A stretch of DNA of 64,000 bases, from contig NW_026781894.1 of NCBI RefSeq assembly GCF_031769215.1, positions 310,001-374,000 on the forward strand. The letters run 5' to 3'. Of the stretch, positions 54,748 through 64,000 are shown in pieces. A model generated the notes under the pieces. The model was given only the letters and a program-made list of their open reading frames with translations. It was not told where the DNA came from and ran no database searches. Made by a program: the position numbers and the translations under genes. This stretch comes from Ylistrum balloti. Taxonomy: Eukaryota. How positions within the stretch are numbered: the first letter of the stretch is position 1; each line of letters starts with the position of its first letter.

Positions 54748-55603
54748 AAAAAAAAATTCCCGTTCCTTAGTGCAAAAAGAAAATCAACATCTGATCAAAT
54801 TTTTTATCAACTGTTACCTCCCTTGGTATTAAGATTAATCAGTATTTGCTACAGGAATACGCACCTCGGAAGGTGTTTGATCTGCTTTTGAACGCGTCCT
54901 GTAAACGCTGTACATGGTCTACGTGATTACAACCTGCAGCAACGTTAATCAGCCGATGAAAGGTGAAAGGGAAAGGAGAGTGGGCGAACATCGATAGATC
55001 CTGGTGTTGAAAATGTGACTGCATGTCCATGTGGTTGACGCGTTCACGTATAGACACATGTACTCACATATAGACTCATGTACAAGCAGTTAAGTTGACG
55101 GGCGGCACATTTTACGTGAATGCATATATATAGGCCTAAACCTTGACTGATCTTCAATAGGGCCGGTGTGTTTTGTTAACATTCTAAAAATAACTACAAA
55201 CAGCCCGTTATCCTACATTCAGCAGAAGCACCAACAAACTCTCATAACCATTAACACCATAATGATATATGTGTATGTCTTGTCTACTCAAATAATCAAT
55301 ATGGATAATCAAATTTTGAATTTGGTGTACACCTGACGTTTTTCCCTACATAATATATATACAGATGTTAGTACCTGTACCAGTAACGGTATTAATTAAA
55401 TTATTTGTGCTGATCTGATCATCCTGAAGCAGTCTTTATCAAAATGGATTAGAGTTCACTTGGTTTCCGTGGTTTCTTAAAAAAAACCTTCACATTCTCA
55501 AAAAATGTTATGAATACGCATTTTGAGTACATTCTCATCGGAGCACAGGCTTGAAAATAAGCACAAAAGTTGAGTTTAAACATGAGTTTTGTGAATACGG
55601 ACC
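52574..55603. mobile_element. PIF/Harbinger-type non-autonomous DNA transposon, 3030 bp
   Basis: TIRs ggcccgtattcac (52574-52586) and gtgaatacggacc (55591-55603) match at 12/13 positions. Both sides are flanked by a 3-bp CAG duplication (52571-52573, 55604-55606). Only weak transposase-like remnants are visible inside (MPRVY..ERYEEMFY at 52774; PGIISACD near 53170). Confidence 0.8.
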
Positions 55604-55829
55604 CAGGAATTCCTCAAGAGCAAGCGTCTTTGTCGACAACAACCTATGTGGAAATCTGAAATTGTAAATACTGGTAAGTAATGACACGGTCCCAAATTAG
55701 TACAATGTATGCATCAATGGAACCAACAGGCAAACTAATGATCATCAAACGCGTCCAGGTTTATCTTGCACCCGTAGAATCTTTTTCGTTAACCGACAAC
55801 TCTTGAAACCTGTGTTGTGAGTTTGTCTG

Positions 55830-56115
55830 CCAGTTGTCGATATCTTGCACTAAAATTGAATATCGAATCAACTGCGACATACAAACACCTTCGGCTTATG
55901 ATGCAGGTATGTTTCTATCCAGAAATGGAAAACTCATCATAGGAAAATTGAACTCATCACGCTTTTCATATAGGTGGAAGGCTTTCAATGTTACTTTCTG
56001 TGTAAGAAACGATTGAGATAAGCTGCTAATGTTGAAGAGCTTGAAGTGGCCTTGGTTTCTAATTTGGTGAATATAAACCATTGACGCGGTCAAGAAATAT
56101 CGTCATATATTTATC
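55830..56115 (-). mobile_element. Penelope-like retroelement remnant
   Basis: Minus strand LYEKRDEFNFPMMSFPFLDRNIPAS*AEGVCMSQLIRYS, preceded by YDDI- and SFL-like segments. Confidence 0.8.
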
Positions 56116-58847
56116 ACATGAAGTACAAAGCATTTGAATGAAACCAGTGTTGGTCGACAAACTATCAGAAAACAATATCGTTCCTCAATCTCAATTGACG
56201 AGTTAATTGCCTTTGTTAGGTTTCTTTGTTGATTATGATGTACACTATCAACGCTTTGGCGAGAACTCGCCAGTCATCACGTTCTATAGATAGATACTTT
56301 AGCTGTCACCATTCGGAATATTTTCTTGTACTTTGCATAATGTCCACATACAGTTTGAATACCTTTCGGGAAGAGGTTCATGGTAGCCTAGTAAAAAATC
56401 ATCCTGTCGTTATATTGACATGCTTGTACTACACTCCTTTACTCTTTTGAGTCCCCCATGTCTAAACAAAGTAACCATGATTATAAACATAATGTTTTTG
56501 TTTCTTCAGCAACATGTCATCAGATAATATAAGATAGTTATAATAGTATGTATTGTAGATTAATCAGACATCATCCCAACAATTTTCCAGTATTTTAACC
56601 AATCGCTTTCGTTGACAATTCTTAAAATTTTCACCTGAAAATCGTTTTTCCATATTATCAACATGATATTGAATTCGGATGCAGCTTCAGGCATTGTATT
56701 ACATATAATTGCACAGTCTGGTTAAACTTTCTTTCGTGACATGCATGTTGAATAAACTCATCCTTTTTGAAATTAGGAAAAAGTGCCACAACATATTCTG
56801 TATATAATCTGTACGTGACATGAATCTATCTATCAACTGCATATAATCAAATTCTTCTAAGTTTAATGATTATCTTGTCTTCTTGGGTGAAAATCTCTTG
56901 CAAATCGCAAATGAAAACTGTCAGCTTAAAGGAACTATTATTTTTACAACTGATACTAAAATCGAATTTTTGTTGAAATGTAAATTGCGTCCTTTACAGT
57001 GAATAGACGGTAATTCATTACAAGAAGACTCAGCTATGTGGTGTCTGCAGTAGGATACTAGCCAGGGTGGCCATGAGATGTATGTATGGTCTATTACCAG
57101 CTAGTAAAAGCTTTAAGGTCTTATCAATACCAGTCCAGACATCACAAAATTACCAGGGACAATTTTATCATGAATGCTTTTTCTCTTTTGATGATTCAAA
57201 TTTGCTCAGTTTTACAAACAGCTTACAGCCGCCATGAAAAGATTGATGGTTTTTCTCTTTCAATTTTATTTTCAATGAATTGTTGGTCATTATTGATTTA
57301 CCCCTCGAATAAAGAATCTCTTGATAGTAATATATATGACAGTAAACGGTTATATATGTTCATTAACAATGGAATAACTATTTACTGACTCGCTGAAATA
57401 TTTTCCAATTTTCTGATGAAACTATTTTTAGCTTACACAAAGAGAAAACCAGTTAGTTGTACCAATATACGCAATCCTTTTTACATCTTTCTTTTCTGTT
57501 CAAAGACTTTATGTACTTACTTAGAAATACCAGTATGCTTGTATGATTTAAGATTCAAAGCTCCATCCATATATCTCAGGCTGTACATCATACAGTATAG
57601 AAACACACTTTATTTGAGATAATACTCATATTTCGTTTGTAAATGAATTTCAAATGTTACTGACCAAATCTATCAATGAAATAATACACATTAACACTCT
57701 TTGTCCTTGACATCAAAAAAAGGACATCCGGAGGTCGACATCAAATTACCCAAGATGACCACTTACACCCTAGGATCCGAGACTTGGTATGGGCAGTAAA
57801 TGACCTACGTCCATTAGGGCGCTTTTTATCATGACAAGAGTGTATTGAATGGTGTGGTTTATTGTGCACTAAAAGATCAACCCAAGGTGACACAATGACA
57901 GGTTTCGAAGTACACGGATCAAACTGTAGGTCGACGAGGTTAGATGGGTTTCACAAGAAATTGGTAATGTTAGGAAAAGTTGTTTGAGATTCAAAATGTT
58001 TGGTTTTTATTGTGGCTATCTTATGGTACAAACCAAACGCTTTCCAAATCTCAGAAGAATCGTCACTCAAGTAACTAGTGTCAGATTGATTATTTCAAAA
58101 TCTGAATTCAGAAGATGTTGTCTCTAAGCCATGGAATCAAACTGGATTCGGTTCGGTGGTAGCGATCAGAAGTATTTCTATGTAGGAAACATCCACATGT
58201 AATAACATGTTTAGAATTAGTGTCAAGTATGCATTGGCTATCCTTGTATCAACGAAACGACCAAATATAAAGTAGTGTAGTGCGGACGAAGAAAGAAAAA
58301 AACGCTAAGCCACTGCTGTCCTTCTGTCCTGATCCATAATCTTACTTCTGCTTTAGGACACTGACAATGTATCTTATTTATCCTCCAACACTTGGTGAAA
58401 TTTAAATTATCGAAATTTCAACAATTTGTTTGATCTATTCAATGTTTGTTTATGTGACATTGACGTTAGGCCAAAATCTGCCTGATAACGCTCGTCAAAA
58501 TAGTTATTCTATGCGGAACTTGTTTCACGCTTCAATGGATGTGAAAAAGGAGAGTTTTCGTAAGTAAGCTTCTTTGTTACAACAAATAAAATCGGTTATC
58601 AAGATAGTGATTCATCTGTTAAGATGAAGGTAAATCAGAAAGTAGTTATGTAGAGTTAAGACACTGCTAAATACAGCTGTTTCCCTTCACTATTGAAAAT
58701 AGCAAAAAATATATGTGGTAGATGTATTCCGACAATGGCAGCGCAGTTGCTTGATAAAATCGATTTAAAGGTCATCTGAGAAAAATTTGAAAAGTTGTCT
58801 ACCATGTAATATTCAAGTAAACTTGGCGATGAATCAATCTAAAATCT

Positions 58848-59294
58848 ATGTGATGACGTGTATATACCATCAGTATTCTAATGTGATGACGTGTTCATAC
58901 CACCAGTACTCTAATGTGATGACGTGTATATACCATGAGTACTCTAATGTGATAACGTATATATACCATCAGTGCTCTAATGTGATAACGTATATATACC
59001 ATTAGTATTCTAATGTGATGACGTGTTCATACCACCAGTACTCTAATGTGATGACGTGTATATACCATCAGTACTCTAATGTGATGACGTGTATATACCA
59101 TCAGTACTCTAATGTGATGACGTGTATATACCATCGTGTATATACCATCAGTACTCTAATGTGATGACGTGTATATACCATGAATACTCTGATGTGATGA
59201 CGTCTATATACCATCAGTATTCTAATGTAATGACGTATATATACCATCAGTATTCTAATGTGATAACATGTATATACCATCAGTACTCTAATGT
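58848..59294. repeat. Minisatellite, 33-bp unit (atgtgatgacgtgtatataccatcagtactcta), about 13 copies
   Basis: Head-to-tail copies. Confidence 0.95.
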
Positions 59295-60221
59295 AGAAAA
59301 TGAATGACTTCCATTCTAGAAAAGAAAAGAAGAACATGCTAATGAAAAAACTAAGTACGATATTGAGAACATGTTACCATTGTTTACCAAATGTAAAACA
59401 CTTTAAGGCCATTAGGAAACATTATCCTTTGTAAATGCCCTGGAGATGTTGATATATCCATGTTTAGATGTTATCTTAAAAATGAAGAATACTGAAATTA
59501 ACAATTAAATCCGAGCAGAGTATGACGTGATTGAAAACACACATTGCAATCCGCAACCATTATAACCGTGTAATAGAACGTTGTTCAGTTTGAATGAATT
59601 TTGATAAGAATCTTTCAGCTACAAGTTGAAATAATCATGTACTTCAGACATTGTTTAAAACTAAAAACAGAACAAATTAAAGCAACGTTATTTTAGTTCA
59701 AATGGAAATGCTTACTTGTAGTAATGCTTCTATATCTTTACATTAAATAGTGCAATACCACATCGCGATCCTCTACTGATAAATGATATTTGGGTCTGAA
59801 TAAGCCATTGAAATTGATTAGTTCCCATCCTTTGACAGATACGCAAATTTTCAGTAAAAATCTTATTCTTAAATGATAACTAGGATATAAACTCTATAAT
59901 CATTTGAATAAGTATTACGTTCATAGTCAGACACAATCAGGCGCAATTAATGTCAATCAACTGTACAGTGGTGTAAATATACCAGTTTTATTTCACGTAT
60001 CTGTTAGATATAATAGTGATGGCGTACTTGGTAAGCACATAGAAATCAGTAAGGTTCACTGGCTCCATCTTCTGTCCATTTGCACCCTTTAATACTTGTA
60101 TGTGTTTCTAACACTTCATAACTCAGACTGCCCTGCAGCACCCAGTCATCCTAATCTTTGAACGTGACCTTGCAAGCCGGAAGAGAAAAAATGGAAGTGA
60201 CTGTTTGGATTATCAGAATCA

Positions 60222-60643
60222 AAGGAAACAGTATTTCAACAGCATGGTGGATGCATCTGCTACTTTCAGTCAGCGGTGATGAGAGATTCCCTGAAATAGG
60301 AAGGGGTATTCTTGAAATGGTTTAGTTTTCGGCCAAAACTTGTTTCGCGTGTGACATAGTCTTATCTTGATTTAAACATAAACTACAGATACAAATACAA
60401 GGGACACACATCGTCGCTTTTGCTTCCACTCAGAATACACCAAAATGTTTTATGTTTTTTGCGAGTTTACATTTTTTAGGAGTAGGTAGAACTTTAACGA
60501 CACATATCTTGTGTCAATCTTTAATCGACTAGTTGGGTTAACAAACATAAGGAAACAATGTTTCAACAGTATGGTAGATGCATCTGTATCTTCCGTTTAG
60601 CGGTGATGAGAGATTCTCTGAAAAGGGAATGGCCTTGTCTTGA
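60222..60643. repeat. Imperfect direct repeat of about 95 bp (60222-60315 and 60549-60643), spacing 327 bp
   Basis: aaggaaaca..tttcaacag.atggt.gatgcatctg..agcggtgatgagagatt.ctgaaa..cttga is present in both copies. Confidence 0.8.
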
Positions 60644-62084
60644 CACACTGGTCACATATGGTCACTATTTGTTCTGCTAATTATACTTATGATTTATACA
60701 ATATTTTATGCTTCATTTTATTAAACCCTAACCAGCAAAGTTGTAAAATTGTAACAGTTGAAAGTACATTGACCTGTAAAGAACAGACAACTGGAAAAAC
60801 AGAACATCCAATTTGATAAAAAAAACAAATCCATGAAAGGAGTAGGCAGATAATAACCATCCTCATCTCCGCATTTCAAAATCCATTGGGAGGCTACAAA
60901 TACCTATGTTATCTGTTCAACCAGAGGTCTTGCAAGGTAAACATGCTATTAATTAGGTGATAATATTCCCTTTTTTGTTGGAAACGCGGACTCGTTCACG
61001 ATTCTTTTATGTCTTCAAGCGCTGTAATTATTTCTATTTGCCATCAATTTCAAAATTGTATGATCATAGATTCCCGATTTGGAAGACATGAAAGATATGT
61101 GATTATGTCATTTGCCCATCTAAACCGTAAAACTTTTGTAGTTATGATATAACGACAGGTGTTGTTTCATTTATACACGAAATGCCGGTTCCTACATTGT
61201 TATAGCGTCTAAATTGGGAAATAATGGACTACAGGGAGCATCTATAATAACAACCAAACACCCACATTCATCAAATGTCTTTGTTCCTTTGTTTTTCTTT
61301 CTTTCTTTGTTAATGTCAATGTGTAGAAATATGAAACAAAATGTGATATTTGATATGATATACTGGAGAAATCATACAAGGGATATGGCGTCTGTTTAAA
61401 GAAATGTTTACCGATGTTGTGATGATAGAATCTACAAATTTAGATTTAATAAGTGGGCAGATAATGTTACAAGAAAAGTCAATATTTGAATACGCAATGT
61501 AGCTTGATATTCCAAAGCTTTTGAAATTTCAAGATTACATGCGAAGTAAGTTACGTTTTATCAAATTAAGAATTAAGAGAAATGAAGGATTCTACTTTGT
61601 TTCTGAAGAAAACAATCTGATTAAGGATATTTGTTCTGTTCTACCTGTGCCATTTATTGATTCAGAAAATTTGATGATTATAGAAATATAATCGTTTTTG
61701 TTAATAAGCTTCTATTTGGTGACTAATGAAGCGTAGATATGGACTACCGATATTCATAGTTCTCCCAATAATATGCCATTATTACTGGCCAGGTTGCGAT
61801 ACGCATAGGTAGTTCTGGTATCTGGGGCGATAATCAGACCCAATATAATATATTACGTTGATTCGAGATGCTGTGCATGTTGAGTGTCGATTTTTTTACA
61901 TTAAGAGGTATATTCTAACCTGGTCGATTTTTTATTGTATCGAAGCTGTTAATAATGATTTGCGCTAAAACTATAATGAAAATACCGATACGATAACAGA
62001 ATATCAATTAAAAGTAAAAATGTTAAAACTAGGAAAAAATGTGAACAAGAGAGACTTGTAGTGAAATAAAGGGGGGGAAATCAG

Positions 62085-62965
62085 GAGAATAAGACCAGGA
62101 GATCTTAAATGATAACCGTCATCTGCTTCTGCCATGTAAATCATGGTATATATTAACTGAGATTCACAAGGTATATTAACGAGAATAAAATATGGCCAGC
62201 TTCTTATCATTCCGAATAACCTTCCAGAAAACAACATCAAAAAGGATCCCAGGGCGTCACACTTTGAAACGACACGTGTCAAATAAGGCAGGTCTGTTTC
62301 ATAAACAAAAAATCCCGTCATATTGATTTAGGAGGATAAAACAACATATAATACACTGCCAAAAAGATAGAAAAGATAAAATAAAAAATGAACATTTAGA
62401 TGTTCTAAGTATTGTCATGATTATTGATGGACCCGTAAACATTGAATCTAGAAATAAGAACACTGTTTTAAATAATGAAGCTAAATGTCCATTTTTCTTT
62501 CAAATATCCAGGAATAATGTTTTTAGACATATAGTATTGGTGGCCAAAAAACAGCTTAGCGCTAACGTAATTTTGATCCAATTCGTGTGTTGTGCTTTGT
62601 GTATACCATTGGTAAAACAACAAGAAAATAACAACATGTGATTGTAATCAAAATCCAAACTCAATAAAATCCTTTTGATAATTGTAAAAATTCCCAATAG
62701 TCTTCACCAACCTGCATATTTCTGTTGAAATCACGTGTTATGATTTTTTCCCGTCAGTTGACGTGATCTTGCACGAAAATTGTAATATTGAGAACCAGCC
62801 CTTGAATATCGAATCAACTGCGACATTTACACACCATAGGTTTGAGATGAAGGTGTTATGCCGAATAGGAAAATTCACTCTAGGGAAGTCAATGCTGGTT
62901 TCCTTGTAAGGAGTAGATCGAGATATGCGGCTGATGTAGAGGAGTATATACAATGGAAGTTGTCA
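62085..62965 (-). mobile_element. Penelope-like retroelement 3' remnant, same family as 35845-36290
   Basis: Minus strand ctctacatcagccgcatatctcgatct and ttcgatattcaagg match the 35845 copy. The tail acatggc..gatgac..cctggtcttattc matches 36226-36286 and 32630-32660. Confidence 0.7.
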
Positions 62966-64000
62966 ATAGATCTCGTGTTAACTAAAGACAAGACTTCTTT
63001 AACATATATGAGAAAGTTAAACTGAAAGACTTTACAAGGTCTGTATAAGCTCTACGATAAATGCAACCGCTTATGAAAAAAACAGGGGGAGGGGGGGGAG
63101 ACACTGTTTGTTCCTAAAGATAAGTAAGCATATAGTCTGTTGGAAAATTTATAATCTGAACAGAAGATGCAGTTTATAACTCAAGTAGTGTTTATATGTC
63201 AGTAGAAATAATACAAATAGTATTCAGTGTGTCCTTCATGACATTCTCTCGTTATTTCCATCATCATTTTAAAAATTCTATTTCATGATTCTTTTCAAAA
63301 TTTTAGGTCCTTAACGTCACTTACGTTGTCTCGAAGTATCACTTACATGTTGCTGAATATTACAGTTTAATTCATACCTTGGTACAATCCATACATTTAC
63401 TGTTTCTTATTTCAGATATTAATTAAAAGGTTTAGTCACTTATGTGTCTTTTTGTACGATTTTATGACTCGGATATGTCTTTTGTGTAGATGTTAGAGAC
63501 AAATCAGAGAAACAGACCGGTTCACATATTACATACGGTTTACTGATTTATTGCTGGTGGCTGCAACACAAAGACCTGTTTCCTCTGTATAAACCAATAT
63601 TTTTGACATGCTTGTCAGTTTTTTTATAATCCGATATTGTTTTCTACTCATGATTTAATGTACACGACATATTGTTTCGTGTGGTATTTACATTGTCTAT
63701 GTTCTGATTCAGGCACGTGCATTAAGCAGGGTCGACTTACCATGCAATGGTGCTGTATTTAGCTGTGATATTAATCGTTTGCCGTCATGAAATGTTTCCT
63801 CGGTCTACATAGTCAGAAGTCATCAACGCATTCATTCATCAAAAACCCAACCTTTACGTCCGAAGTAATGAACACAGAGATGCGTATGTTGTAATAGAGG
63901 AAGTTTATCTGTGTCAGGATTGGCATGTCTATGTGGCATGTGATATACCATTATTGTTACTGTCCCGCCACATTTAGGCCAAGGAATCGATAACATGATC

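Noticed and set aside
54712-54756. Poly-C followed by poly-A giving a PPPPPPPPKKKKKK ORF
   Set aside because: It is a low-complexity homopolymer tract inside the Harbinger-type element, not coding sequence.

Overview
AT-rich, intron-containing eukaryotic DNA. The gene content and repeat families point to a bivalve mollusc (inference). I reconstructed four intact multi-exon genes by hand, all with GT-AG introns and consistent phases. Two are perlucin-like C-type lectins arranged head-to-head (7281-10049 minus, 11435-14475 plus). One is an 8-exon, 502-aa clan-2-like cytochrome P450 (16278-27799 minus). One is regucalcin/SMP30 (35602-38594 plus). The rest is mobile DNA and satellites: a recent 5'-truncated CR1/L2-type LINE with a perfect 14-bp TSD, a decayed second LINE, a FLYWCH-MULE remnant, a 3-kb PIF/Harbinger-type element with CAG TSDs, MITE/foldback palindromes, a Helentron/HINE-like element, tRNA-derived SINE pieces, three Penelope-like remnants and five tandem arrays. 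From 39 kb to 64 kb there is no confidently supported gene. The most unusual item is the P450: its frame is intact, but three near-invariant catalytic motifs are altered (WxxxR to WTKVH, (A/G)GxET to GGLEP, FxxGxRxCxG to YGLGSRCCPF), suggesting non-standard chemistry or a non-catalytic role. There is no CRISPR or prokaryotic system here. All calls are by eye, with no database searches.
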